Positions 14,501 through 27,051 of a stretch of DNA of 64,000 nt are shown one piece after another. The DNA is taken from the NCBI GenBank assembly GCA_965285935.1, contig OZ260661.1, positions 20,026,001-20,090,000 of the forward strand. Reading direction: 5' to 3'. Position numbers and translations under genes: made by a program. Under the pieces are notes generated by a model, which saw only the letters and a program-made list of their open reading frames with translations, made no database searches and was not told where the DNA came from. Within the stretch, counting starts at the first letter, position 1. Every line of letters begins with the position of its first letter. The stretch comes from Ophelia neglecta (Eukaryota).

Positions 14501-16424
14501 TTATAATCAGCTACCCACAAGGTAAATATACTTTATTTTTATATGTATTAACCCATTAAAAATCTACTAAAATTCCAGGTAAGGCTTTACCTTATTCCAG
14601 TCTGATGGACTGATTTGAGTATAAAGACCGAACCATTTGCATATTACTGCTTTTGATTAAAAGCGGAGGCGCGGAGCACTAGACCTATAAAACCTGTGCC
14701 TAACTCTTCCCCTAACCCTAAAATTAACCCTCAGTCCTAACCCTAGCCTTACTGACCAGAAATACACATGATCTCCGCTTCCGCATAGCTCCCGCGCGTC
14801 CGCGTTTAATCAATTTCAGAATTTCAGGAAGGGGGCCCAAAATTTTCCAAGGCTGACGAGGCAAATGTTTGGATTGTCCCCGTTACCAACCCTCTGAAAG
14901 CACCTTGCATGGGACCAGAAATAGGCCCTGGTCCAGGCCCACTTTTTGGCAAAAGGGGGGACCCGGGCACCCTGCCCACCCACCCCCCACCCCTCTCCCT
15001 GAATCCGCCACTGTTTAACCACAAATATATTTAGATTAACAGGGTGATGTAGAGTTAAGCATTTCACATATGTCGTGACGTGCATTCGCCAGGTGACATA
15101 TCTTCACACACAGCTCTATTCATTGTGATATTTACATGGTCGATGGCACACAATGATCAGGGGACCACATGGTCCCTGTAAACATCACAAGAAGCAGAGG
15201 GCGCTCCTCAGATATGTCACTTACATCAGGTAGCTGAACAATAAGGGTCGAATCATTAGGTAACTCGCCGCGTGGGGGGGGGGGGGGTGGCCGGGTCTAG
15301 ATGATTTCTAAAAAAAAATATTTGTCAGCCATGAGAAAAAATTGTTTGGTTCCCACCTTCTGCAGAAAGAATTTTCTATTACAGGAGGACGAAAGAGAGT
15401 ATGGGGGGGGGGGAGGTCAAAACTAATGACTAAGGCTAAGACTAAGAATCATTCTGTTGTAGTCTTGTTTGTAGTTTCAAATTTCAAGTTGCCCACCTAC
15501 TGCAATTAATGTCTAGGAAGATGCCCCCTCTATGCCTAATCAAGCAGTTTAATCCTATATAGCCAAACCCCCATAAAACCAGTTACCCCCCCCCCTCCCT
15601 CCCTCCCTCCCTTGCTGAAATACTTCATTGGTTCCAACCCACAACCCGGTAGGTGTTAAGAACTGAAGACCACAACAGTGTCAAGCTACATACACCACCT
15701 GTTAAAGCTTCATCGAGAGCTTGTATGTTAACAGATGAATGACAAGTGTGGTCGGTCACGGTCTAGTGCATGGGCACACCGCCAGAGGGTAGCAGCAGGC
15801 TATAATGAATGGTACACAGCCATCAATGTTTCTCACGGTAGGCATCGGGGCGGTTCTACGGGACTGGACGGGGCGGGGGACGCCTGTATGGGGAAAAGAA
15901 GACAAGTGTTGTTCGGTGGATTGACATCCCCTCCCTCCCCCCCCCCTTTAAGGACCCCCTGAATGCGTCACAGCGTTTCAACGCTTCACTGTTCATTGTG
16001 TGGAAGCCTCTTACTTGTTTACATAACCTAAATCTAACTATAAATCTAAACATGTCACTATAATAGAACCTCAAGGAGGATATGAGACCCGCCCTTCCGT
16101 TTGGTCTCTGTAGTATTGGCTTCAGAGCGATTCGCGGGGATGTGGGATGGCTGCTTCTTCTCAGGACAAAGGAGGGGGGGGGGGGGGCTGATCCCCAAAC
16201 CTCAACCTCGGGGAGTCCCGACTAAGTTTTTTCAAATATTAGCTGTTGATCCATGACCAGAGTAAGCAAGCTATCATTGACAGCCAAGCTAAACTTGAGT
16301 TCGTCTCTTGCAGATGGGCCTAGATATGATATTATCATAGCTGCATTGACTTACCCATATTCTGAGCTTGTACCATGGTCGTGGTAGTAAGCACAGCAGC
16401 AAAAAGTACAGCAAACAAACGCAT
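5571..16424 (-). CDS. Secreted protein with four von Willebrand factor A domains and a Thr-rich linker, copy A
   Basis: Signal-peptide exon 16424-16355 (MRLFAVLFAAVLTTTTMVQAQNM|gtaagt). Further exons approx. 13417-13192, 12893-12794, 12240-12100, 11349-11117, 10646-10427, 10150-10050, 9894-9757, 9480-9318, 8608-8393, 8057-7955, 7731-7600, 7325-7138, 6723-6515, 6271-6082, 5806-5571. Motifs DLVFLLDRSGS, RVALVTF, ILVTDG, VYAVGV repeated per domain. Confidence 0.9.
6841..6956. repeat. Short tandem duplication (~2 x 51 bp) in a vWA-A intron
   Basis: cagtttgtacaat(g/a)ctatacaatatacaatactatc..cctgactggcgc occurs twice in tandem. Confidence 0.8.
12443..12660. mobile_element. MITE-like element with imperfect TIRs and an internal CCCTAA-like tract, copy 1
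   Basis: attaaaagcggaagcgcgga ... tccgcacgtccgcgtttaat; homologous copies at 14649 and 25633. Confidence 0.8.
13441..13823. mobile_element. MITE-like element inserted ~25 bp from a vWA-A splice acceptor
   Basis: Imperfect inverted termini taaggggccgaccattt...gggggg / cccccc...aaatggtctgctcctaa; A-rich interior. Confidence 0.55.
14649..14812. mobile_element. CCCTAA-containing MITE, copy 2 (internally deleted)
   Basis: Same termini and ccctaacccta...aattaaccctcag core as 12443-12660. Confidence 0.8.
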
Positions 16425-16559
16425 CTTCTCTGTAGAGGCAGGCACTTCAAAAACCTGGAAAGAGACGGCAAATAGTGCTGAAAATGTTTAAAAACTGCTC
16501 ACAGAATGCTGTTTGATTATTACTTAAATAAATCTGGCATTAAGTTACTACTATCCTTT

Positions 16560-17430
16560 GACGGGCCTAGAGGGGTGTTACCAGACCGTCCTTCGGCTTG
16601 CCTAGAGAGGCGAAACAGGCGTCAGGAACATTTCTCTGGCGGGCCTAGCGAAGGGGCACGGCGTCCGGGCTATACCCTAGACGACATAGAGCAGAGTCCT
16701 GGACGTTCGGACCATCCTCCGGCGGACCTAGAGGAGTGTCACGGGCGCCCGGACCGTCCTCAGGCGGACCTAGAGGAGTGTCACGGGCGCCCGGACCGTC
16801 CTCAGGCGGACCTAGAGGAGTGTCACGGGCGCCCGGACCGTCCTCAGGCGGACCTAGAGGAGTGTCACGGGCGCCCGGACCGTCCTCAGGCGGACCTAGA
16901 GGAGTGTCACGGGCGCCCGGACCGTCCTCAGGCGGACCTAGAGGAGTGTCACGGGCGCCCGGACCGTCCTCAGGCGGACCTAGAGGAGTGTCACGGGCGC
17001 CCGGACTGTCCTCAGGCGGACCTAAAGGAGTGTCACGGGCGCCCGGACCGTCCTCAGGCGGACCTAGAGGAGTGTCACGGGCGCCCGGACCGTCCTCAGG
17101 CGGACCTAGAGGAGTGTCACGGGCGCCCGGACCGTCCTTCGGCGTGCCAAGAAGAATGTCAAGGGCGCCCGGACCATTCTCTCGCGGGCCTAGAGGAGTG
17201 TCACGGGCGCCCGGACCGTCCTCCGTCGGGCCTAGAGGAGTGTCAGGGACGCCCGGACCGTGCTCCGGCGGGCCTAGACGAGCGTCACGGGCGTCGGGAC
17301 TGTCCTCCGGTGCGCCAAAAGGTATGTTACGCGCGTCTGGACCGTCGATCGGCGACCCTAGAGGAGTGACACGGGCATCGGGACCATTTTCCGGCAGTCC
17401 CATGCAGACTTTCCCTAGCGTGGCTAGAGG
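16560..17430. repeat. GC-rich 42-bp minisatellite in the predicted first intron of vWA-A
   Basis: Unit gacctagaggagtgtcacgggcgcccggaccgtcctcaggcg; about 10 near-identical units from 16725, with degenerate units on both sides. Confidence 0.95.
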
Positions 17431-17752
17431 ATAGACAGCTCCCACTAAACAAGTCATAATAATTTAAAAAAAAAGAAATTCACACGGAATAATTGCGGCA
17501 AATGAAATGCCTGAACTTGCATTAATGTAATTCCACCAAGCACGCTGGTAATTTGCCGCGATATAACGTTTTATAAAACTTTGGAATCTGAAATATTCCC
17601 GCAGACGAACATTTCGCGCCTTTCTTTAACGCTACGTTTACGTGTTAAAATGGCGACACGCAAGTAAATTAAAATCATTTTCTATGCAAAGTTTAGGTAC
17701 ACAAAACAATTAAAATACTAACTTTATAAAGAAGGGATGACGTATTCTTTAC

Positions 17753-17940
17753 TTCTTGTCAGTTCGCGATGGTTAGATCTGAGCTTCACGTCTTTGTCTC
17801 TCTACGTGTTCAGAGCGTTCCCGGGAGTTGTACCGTCGTCTTGGACACCTCGTGGTTGAGAGTAGAGATGGTTTGATCCGCCTTGTCCAAGCCGGAGTGT
17901 GGAGAAGAGGCTGCGGCACTCAGTATATATAGACAGTCCC
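17753..17940 (-). promoter_or_regulatory. Putative TATA promoter and non-coding first exon of vWA-A
   Basis: Minus strand ctgtcTATATATActgag (~17918-17935) resembles ctgtcaTATA..actgag upstream of vWA-B. Candidate donor gtaaag at 17752; acceptor ttccag at 16455 precedes the ATG exon. Confidence 0.5.
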
Positions 17941-19324
17941 CGGGCCCGCGCTTTCTCCTCACAAGGCCGTAACAACCACCCAAGTGTTAATTAAAGACCC
18001 GCGGAATTCAGTGGGCGGCCTGCCATCTAGACTAGTGGCTTATTTTCCGTAAACATTAGTCAGAAAATCATCCAGAAAACTTAAAATGAAAGTAAACCTT
18101 AATCGGGTTTCAATAGAACACCCTTTGTTATAGAATGATTAATGGGAACAGGTAGTGGAAATAGGTCACACTTGCGTCATCGACTACACTAAAAGTAGAT
18201 CGTTGTTAGGGTTAAATTTGCTGTGTCAGCACACCAGAATTGTGTTTCTAATTATTTGATTTCTAAATAAGCACTATTACAATTAAGAATTGAATATGTC
18301 ATCATCGTTAATTACATTAAATACTCTTATCCTTTCTGCCAATTAACCATGCCCAATTGTTTGAAATATCTTATTTGTGATACACGCGATCTGAAGATGC
18401 TATTATTAAAGAAGCTTAAATCCATACTGCGAAATTATTTAATCAAAACGGCAAATAGCCTTGGTTTAATTATTAACTTTTTTATTCTCAGACAATATGT
18501 TAAATTTAAAGATGACTTGTGTCAGTTCTATAGGGGCTGATAGTCTTGTCGATCAGTACCAAAGTACAGTACGGCTTTTGACCAGTCAGAACCTTTCTGG
18601 GTGGTGCTGTCCATTTTAACTGGTGTCATCTAGCAGTCGAAAGGAATCAAGCATAAAAATTAGGCCGCGGGCGCCTTGAAGGGGCACCCCACTTCAAGAA
18701 GCGCCCTCTTTGGTCAGTGGCAAGCGGCCATAGAGAGGAGGGTCAGACTCCCGAACCAGATTATGATGCCAGGAGATCCTCTAAAATGTTCCAATGAAAA
18801 CAGTGAACTGGGCAGCGACACCGAGAAAGGTTCTAACGTTCACTTGGATAGCTGTGGAGGATTTTCTCACGGAGACGGTTCTGGGGGTTTTACCAAAGAC
18901 CCCTTTTGAGAATGGGCGTCCGTGCCACCCCCTACAACATAAACAAGCAATAGAAAGAAGACGCTCTAGTTCCCCTACAAGCCACCTACATCCGCAAATA
19001 TATCTGACAATTGTGAAGGCTTTTATTCCCCTGATAGGTTTATTTAAAATGGTTGCCTTTGCCTTTTCTTCTTGATTCAAGGTGTCATGTAAAAAACATA
19101 TTTCATTGTCTTTCCCCAGTGCCCCCGGCTTGCTATTTACCTGACCTTGTAGATGGAATTCAGTAGGTGTCGACTCGCAAGGATCGCCTTCATGTATCTA
19201 TGTTATTTTAATTATTCTGCGTTGTTAGAAATGGGCTTGGATTGTCGGGAAACTGCTACTCGGGCCTAATTTATGATCCTAAACAGAGACTGGTTAGATA
19301 TAGTCCGATCAAATGTTATATGTT

Positions 19325-19960
19325 TGAGAGAAAAGGGAAAGGAGGGAAGAGGGGAAAAAGTGGAGGGGGGGGGATGCTGAAGGGGTAAGAGGGAGGAAAA
19401 GAGAGATCTACAATAGGCGAGGGTGGTAATGGCGGGGGGGGGGGGCATTGTTGAGGAGTGAAAATGATTGGAGGGCATGACGGTGGAATGGGAGGAGGAG
19501 TGCGTGTAGGGATTGCAAGGGAGTAGGAGGAGGAGGGGAGTGCTTGGAGTAAAGGGCGGGGGTGGGGTGGGGGGCATTGACGTGGAGTGAAAATAATTGG
19601 AGGGCATGGGGGTGGAACGAGGGGAGGAGTGCGTGTAGGGATTGCAAGGGAGGAGGAGGAGGGGGGAGTGCTTGGAGTAAGGGGGGGGGGGGGGGAAGGG
19701 AGGAAGAGGACAAGTTGTTTGCGGGAAGGGGGACCCTCATTCTGCGAGCGAAGAGGGAAGGGGCGAGTGGGGTTGGGAGGGGGAAAGTAGTGGGGAGAGT
19801 GGGGGCGCTTTGGCAGACAGAGAAGAAAGAGACAGGATTAAAACTGGGGAGGAGGGGTAAATGAGGGGGAGGGGGTCTTCATCCAGGCAGGGGAGGCCAG
19901 AAAGAGAAGGGTAAGGGGTTGAAGCGTGCACTGCCCTGCCCCTGACGTTGAGAGGGGGGG
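19325..19960. repeat. Purine/G-rich low-complexity tract with a ~130-bp tandem duplication
   Basis: gggggcattg...ggagtgaaaat.attggagggcatg...gagtgcgtgtagggattgcaaggga...gtgcttggagtaa occurs at ~19441 and ~19571. Confidence 0.85.
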
Positions 19961-20744
19961 GCTCATTTAAACCCTAGAGGAAAGAGATGAATCGTGGATC
20001 TTCGATGGTGTCTAAATCTATATTTCTGTCATGTAATTTCCTTTTCAAGTCATGCAGGCCTCTGCAAGGAATACCTCCTGAGTGTGATGAATTGGTCAAT
20101 TGTCGGAAAACTCTCGCCGGATGGACCAAAACCCTTAATTGTGACAGGTATACTAGAAAACAGCACAGAAATGGCGTTGTTTTGATACAGTGGGCTCAAT
20201 GTCAAAAGCGTCCATTATATTATATTGAAACAGTGCCAAAATGATGAAAAGACATCCGGGCAGATATCGGTCAGAGCAATAACATCTATGCTTTATTGTT
20301 TGGACAATTCAATGTTAACAGGTATAATTTAAATGAGTTTGAACAATGCCTTTTTATATTTTCCCATGGAGATTTGCCTTATAACATAAACCGGAGTCTC
20401 TGGAATTTGAACAGCTGCCTTCTATACCCCATCGACCGAAGCCTGTTTTACACAGGCTCCTTGTTATCTTGTTTATTGTATATAAACTGTAATTAACCTA
20501 TTTTAGAATGTATATTATCATCTTTTACGAATAATACTGGTGTTCAATTAATCAAACGTTCTGACAGGATCGAAGAGTACTGCTTTTGTAATGTGTAGTT
20601 TGTCAAATATTTCAGGTTATATTTATGGTGGAATTTTACAAATTTAACTGAGAATAATAATTGCTGTCTTCTAGGGTATCGGTAGAGAGTGGGGAATCCA
20701 AGGTAAGAGAAGGCCGGGGGCGGGGTTATTGGTTCAGGAATAGA

Positions 20745-21645
20745 GTTTAGGAGAAGGCACCCATCACACGCCCTAGCTGAGCCAATCCCCTTTGCGAGAA
20801 GGCACCCATCCCTTACCTTCACTAAGCCCCCGGATCCCCTCTAGGAGGAAACACACATCGCACAGTCTCTTGCTAGGCTCCAGCTACCCCTCTGAGAGGA
20901 GACACCCAGCCCACGCCCTCTCTAAGCCCCCGTACCCTCTCTGGCAAAAAGGCACACATCCCACACCCTCGCTAAGCTCTCAGACACCCATTTCAGATCC
21001 CACAACCCCTCCCTAACCCCTGATATGCCTCTGGGAGGCGGCTCCCATCTCGTAGCTTATCACAGTCCAGACCTCCTTCTCGGAGAAGGCATCCTTATAA
21101 CACGCTCGCTGAGCCCCCCCCCCCCCCCCCCCCCAGATCCCCTATGGCCAAAGGTACCCATTCAACCCCTCGTAGCGCCCAAACACCCCTTTGTAAGAAG
21201 GTACAAATCCCAGAACCTCGCTCTACCCTTGCAATCCCCTTTGGGAGAAGGATCACATCCCTCACGCTCACAGCCCCAGAACCACGTCTAAGAGAAGGCC
21301 GCTATCCCACATTCTAAGCCCCCAGACCCGCCTCTCGGCGAAGACACCTATCCCCAAGAGTCAATCTACCCCCTCAGGGGTAAGACACCCATCCAACACC
21401 CTCTCTAAGCCCTCTGAGGGGAGACACCTTTTTAAGCCCCCAGACCCAATTCTTGGGCAAGACATACATTCCACACTCTCTCTTAGCCCCCAGACCCCTC
21501 TGTGGGACGAGGCTCCCATCCGACACCCTCGCTCAGGCCCTAGATCCCTCTCTGGGAAGAGAACTACCCTTGCCCTCGCTCAGCCTCTGGGAAGAGACAC
21601 CTATCTCACACCCTTGCTCAGGCCCCAGATACCCCTTTGGGTAAA
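20745..21645. repeat. Degenerate C-rich minisatellite, unit ~46-50 bp
   Basis: Recurrent gagaaggcacccatcccacaccctcgctaagcccccagacccctct-like units. Confidence 0.8.
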
Positions 21646-24600
21646 AGTGGAATTTAAACCCTGTAAATCATTCATCGCTGTACTATAGTTACAATACCTG
21701 ATACCTTCAGGCAGGTAGATATGCGGGACAGGTTTACACAGTTTATCGGGTAGCCATCAATCAGACCATCTGTTCCCTTGTCGTGTCGACATAATAACTT
21801 GTGTATGCCAATAAAACTGTTAACGTGGTATAAGTGCCATTTACTTGTTTAGATCGTCTTTTGATGGGACGTAAAATTGCTTTGTTTTTATTATTTATGT
21901 GGCTATCGAGTGGCGGATGACCAATGCTCGAATCAGAACCAGTTTTCCTTCCACCCGTTCCTTCATTGAGCACTCCGGAGTGATTGGGTTGGCGTCCCCC
22001 TCCCGTCAGGCTCAGCCCCAACCCCCCCCCCCCCCTTGTTTTTTTGAGCCATCCAACATTAATCAGCGAAGGTCTACCCCTTTTCAGACGACAAAATTTG
22101 ACATCTGCCCCGGCATTCCTCGCTTTGTTCCTGACAATGTCGTTGATGAAAGGCACATTTATTCCCAATTCCCAAATTTGTCTGGCGTTTTCGGAAATCT
22201 AGATTCAGGTCCAGGGCTATCGAGAGAGACCGATGGCTGGAGGCCATAAAATTAAACTAAATGAAGGGACCCAAAAGGTTAAAACGTAACTCACACCCTG
22301 TATTCAGGGTGTGAGATGAGCCTCGTCGAAGAGTGAGGTCTGGGTGCTAAGCCCTGAGATCTTTTCCTGGAAGTGTTCCTACTTTAATGAACAGAACATC
22401 TGCAGTGTGGTAGATTATCGTCTCGGCGCTAATCTCCCAGGCCTCCCCATCCTGACGTGACGCTCATTTGACCCTATACAGACCCTAGACAGGGTGTGAG
22501 ATTGTGGTGGGGTGAGGAGGCCTCGGCGCTCAGGTCCCAGACCTCCACACCAGGACGGGCCACTATTCTAACCGCTATCCCCCTTCTTAATACAACGTCC
22601 TTGATCGGTCTTTGGAAAAACTACAGTAAGCTAAAATGTGCTGTAGCATTTCAGTATTTAGAGTTATTGATGATGGGTCGTTCACAATGGAATGAATGGA
22701 TAATCCATCACAGATAGGCCGTTCTGATTCAAAGTTAACCCATGCAGCCAAAGGAATTTAATCAGCAGTTATTAGCAGTTATTAGTAAATGTCTGTTTTA
22801 ATAAAAGTTTTATAGTGTTAAGGTTAAGTAAGTAAGATAGGCCCAATTTCATTGTGCTGGTGTATTGCGTAGAAGACGTATTGTAACCTTCTAAGATCAT
22901 TTAACACAGTTTCAATAAAGAATGCACCTACTTAATTTTTTAAGGCAAGGCCGAATGCTTTTTCGGGCTATTCAAATTATAGAGCTGCCAGTGATATCGC
23001 TAACTGACACGCCATAATGGATATAGGCTTACACAAAAACACATAATCAGGTAATTATGTCGTATAGTGGTATGGAGTGGGATGGAGTGGGATGGGTCTG
23101 TGGGCTGTAACCGCCAGGTATTATAAGGAGATACCTGAAATACAAGTTCATAATTACTTGTGCTTGTATGATGCGTCATATACAAGTATCCATTTATAAT
23201 ATTAAAGTGAAAGCAGTAAGATATTCTTTTCAGTGCTATGGCTTTTAATGGATTCAACATCTTAACATAGGTCGGATATAACTGTGCTCGTGTGTCTTGT
23301 TATGCTGTATAGAGAGTGTAGCACGCAAGGAAGGCAGTGATAGAGTGGGCAAATCCAAAACTTCATACCCGTTCGACACACCCTCAGACATGCTTTTCTA
23401 AAAAATAGTTATACATATTGAAGTAGTTGCAATTGGTTCAAATGAATAAAATTACATAATGCTCTAGAACACTTGAGCTGTATTTTTCAGTCCCATTTCG
23501 ATACGTTAAAGAATAGAATATTTGTACATATTGAGAGCCATCCTCGCTTAGGTTCTGTCATGGTATTGAAAATTTAACTGGATATAAAAAGCTCGTACAG
23601 GTAGTGACAAGAAGGGTTACGATCATGATATAAGAAGATTTGCCAGCACTTTAGCAGCCTTCTCCGCCGCTTCATACCAAGTTTAATTTACCTGCTTTTT
23701 TTTGACCATTGACAAGATCGATCATATGAAAAAAGTGGTTTGGAACTGCTTTTTTACCTAAAAGAAAATAGCTTTTTGGACCCGTTTGTTTTTGGCTGCA
23801 ACTTTCCAGTTTCGCGTGTCGATCTCAGTACCGCTGACTTGTTGGTTCTCTCATCTCACTCCTCCCCAATTGACACCCCCCCCCCCTCCCCCCAGACACA
23901 CGCGTAAACCGTAGTATGTCTGTAATACTTCTTTCCATTGACATCGGTGTATCCGAACATCTTGCCTACGGTGTGCTACCTGCAAGAATGTTCTCGAAAA
24001 ATGCATTATAAAAAACAATGGTCTATCAACTTTATATCTGACAGCAATATTTTTTAGTTTAATTTGCCCCCAAACAATAAACTTAAATTTCCTATGCATG
24101 ATGAATACTGGGTCTGGCGGTTGTATGAACAGAGAACCTTTTGTGTGAACAGAGAACCTTTTGAAGGGTTCATGTATTGCCATCAAGTGAAAGCAGTCAT
24201 GGCATCTATGTTCATAACAGTTTAGTGTGGAGGGTGCCTGATACGTAAAAAATAAACAAGGGCCTTTCGAGAAACAGTCCTCAGGGAGGCAATGGATGCC
24301 ATTTATTGCCGAATCAACCCTGAAAGGAGCATGGACGAATATTGTACCACAACCTTATGTAGAGAAATAAAGCACACACGGACAAAATGTGTGCCTCCGT
24401 CCAACCCCGATGAAAAAATTTCTGGAAAAAGTCCTAAGTATAATCAAACATATTGCGTTAGACCCGGGTTTAATGAGTGAATACATTGACGATTCAAGTT
24501 GACAACGCGATGAAGATAACACAAGCCAAGCCCCAGTAATTTCCTTTACATCTGTTTGCACTTTGTAAATATTGGGCAATATTGACTATTACAAACGACA

Positions 24601-25632
24601 GACACGTAAATGGCAAGCTATGGAGTGCCTTTTGACTCTGGAATGTCTTTGCAACAAAGCTGCCATGTTTAGATATGTCCCAGTACACAGCTCCTAATCT
24701 CCCCCCCCCCCCTCTCCCCTCCCCACCGCCCCCGCCGCATACATATAGTCCTTTCCACTATTAATGTCAGAATTGTTTAGCACTATTCAATATGATACAG
24801 CACTCTGTTAATAGAACCCTCCATGGTGGTTCTTCCAACTTTCACTGGTATGATCTATTATTTTCCAATGGGTCACCCTCTTTCCTTTGCCATTGATCAA
24901 ACAGGGTACGCTGTCGAGCGGGGAGTCGACTTGGAGGGACTCGGAGCCGAATTGTGGTCTGTAAACCTCTGTCACCTGACACAGTGAAAACAGCAAAGGG
25001 TTCAGCATGACTCTGTTGTGGTTCACATTAAAGCTATACGTAGTGTACTGCATTACCGACGATGGTTCTATAACTGATGGCTAGTTCACAATGTAGCCGC
25101 TGGGTGGATTCAGCACCACCGAAAATGATTGTATAACTCTGGGGTGGCTTACAATGTGGCTATAGGCTGTAAAAGCTGCACTGGCTCGATCTATCAGATC
25201 AAATATTAAACAGTCAGTCTGGTATTCATTGCACTGCTTGGCCTGATTCATGTATACCGTCATAACCTATTCACCCTGTAATACCTCAGGTTTGTTAGGG
25301 GTATAAGCTACCCCCGACCCCTCATAGCGACATGAAACAAAAGGTCGCAATATCCTATTCAAGGATGTTTATCAAAGACGATTTATATACTACTAAAGAA
25401 TAACGATTCGCCTGCAGTAACTGTAAATTTAAATATTTTTCGCCGCTGCTTTACCTTGGAATTTCCCTAGTTTTTCTAGACTTCGTGCGTGTCCATGAAT
25501 GCTGACGTACCCATAAAGACACATATTACCGAGACTGGCCTTGACTCCTTGTACCTGATATAAGTGCACAAGTCTCGTTCAATTTACGCTGCTGTCCAGG
25601 ATGTAAGCTGAATGTCTCTGATATATAAATGA

Positions 25633-25853
25633 GCTTTTGATTAAAAACGGAAGTGCGTAGCCTTGCGGAGGTAAATTCCGAAATTAGAACAGAGCACTAG
25701 GCCTATGAAACTTGTCCCTTACCCTAACACCCAACCCTCAAAATTAACCCCCATCCCTAAACCTAGCCTTGCTGACGCTTTTTTGCTTTCTGCTACTCTG
25801 AAATAAACATGACCTCATCATCCGCTCGGCTTCCGCACGTCCGCGTTTAATAA
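25633..25853. mobile_element. CCCTAA-containing MITE, copy 3
   Basis: Colinear with 12443-12660 over its full length. Confidence 0.8.
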
Positions 25854-27051
25854 ATACCCTTTAAATGCTTTGCTAATAGATGTTCCTGCGGCGATCTTCA
25901 GTGCGCAGACCAGGGTGGTTTAGGTACAATAAGTAGACCATTTTATTATTTTTTCACGGTTTTCGGCATGGAACTTGAGGGGGGGGGGTGAGCGGGAGGG
26001 GTGAGGGTGAGCGAGGGGTCGGCTCAGTTTGCCCCCCGAAATAGTGAAATAAGAAGCCTTTTGTTCTCCGGTATAAAATATTCAAAGAACTATATTTAGA
26101 AATTTGGGAGCAAATTTTAACTAAATCTTGTGTATTTAAAGCGAAGGTATATGGATCAAGCTGTAGTTCTACCACCTATTTCCCTGGTATCAGATTAATA
26201 GTACAGCAATCTTCAGCTACTTTATGTGTTATATGGCCCAAAAGCTAGTAAACAACTGTAACAAAAAATAAGTAAATACTATATACGGCGCGGAGTATAG
26301 ACAACAATTCCATTAATTGAATGTATTCCAATAGGCGGATTAAGCTATACACCTCTGTATATTTCCTGCCCAGTGTATTGACCATAACACCCAGTAATCA
26401 TCCGACGCCTCCATGTATTCATCTAAATAGCGTTATTTACACAAGATAAGTAGTAACGTTGTCGTTAGTTTAAGTAGCAACGCGTGCGGGGTCCTGCAGA
26501 TACATTAGTCTAGTTGAATTACATGATAATCGTTACCTACCGGAGTGGACTGCTTGTTATTTTTTAACCTATAGTTACTACTGACTCAAACGTTTGGGAA
26601 GTAGTTGACATATTTCGCACTTATTAACATGTAATGGAACGATCTACCGACTGGGAACTGGGAACTGGGAAATGGTTTGGGGTGTAGCGCCTTACTTTTT
26701 TATGATAGCAAACAGTATTTACGGGCAAGTCATGTCTCTACATTGTTACTTGCTTAATGTGCTTGTACAGCATCCAATAATACATATTTGCAATTCATTA
26801 TGTTTTTACTGATGGAAATGTATGCCAAGTTTTTAACGGATTGTTTTCTTTCCCATTTATATAAAAACAAATATTAGACGTTGCGGACCGTACTTAACAT
26901 TCCTATATAGCTAGACCACAGAAGTAAATTCAAATAGTCGTCCAAATGCTCCTCTGGAAAAAAAACATAAACGGCATTAACCAGGAAGAAATCCAATTTC
27001 AATACGGTATCGTCTTTGCCTCTTTGTTTTTTATTATCGACCATAGCGGAC

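Noticed and set aside
16560-17430. CRISPR array or collagen-like gene
   Set aside because: Units are contiguous with no unique spacers and no cas genes; the Gly/Pro-rich translations lack Gly-X-Y periodicity.
19266-19931. Pro-rich or Gly-rich protein ORFs
   Set aside because: Translations of low-complexity G/C tracts with no splice or domain support.
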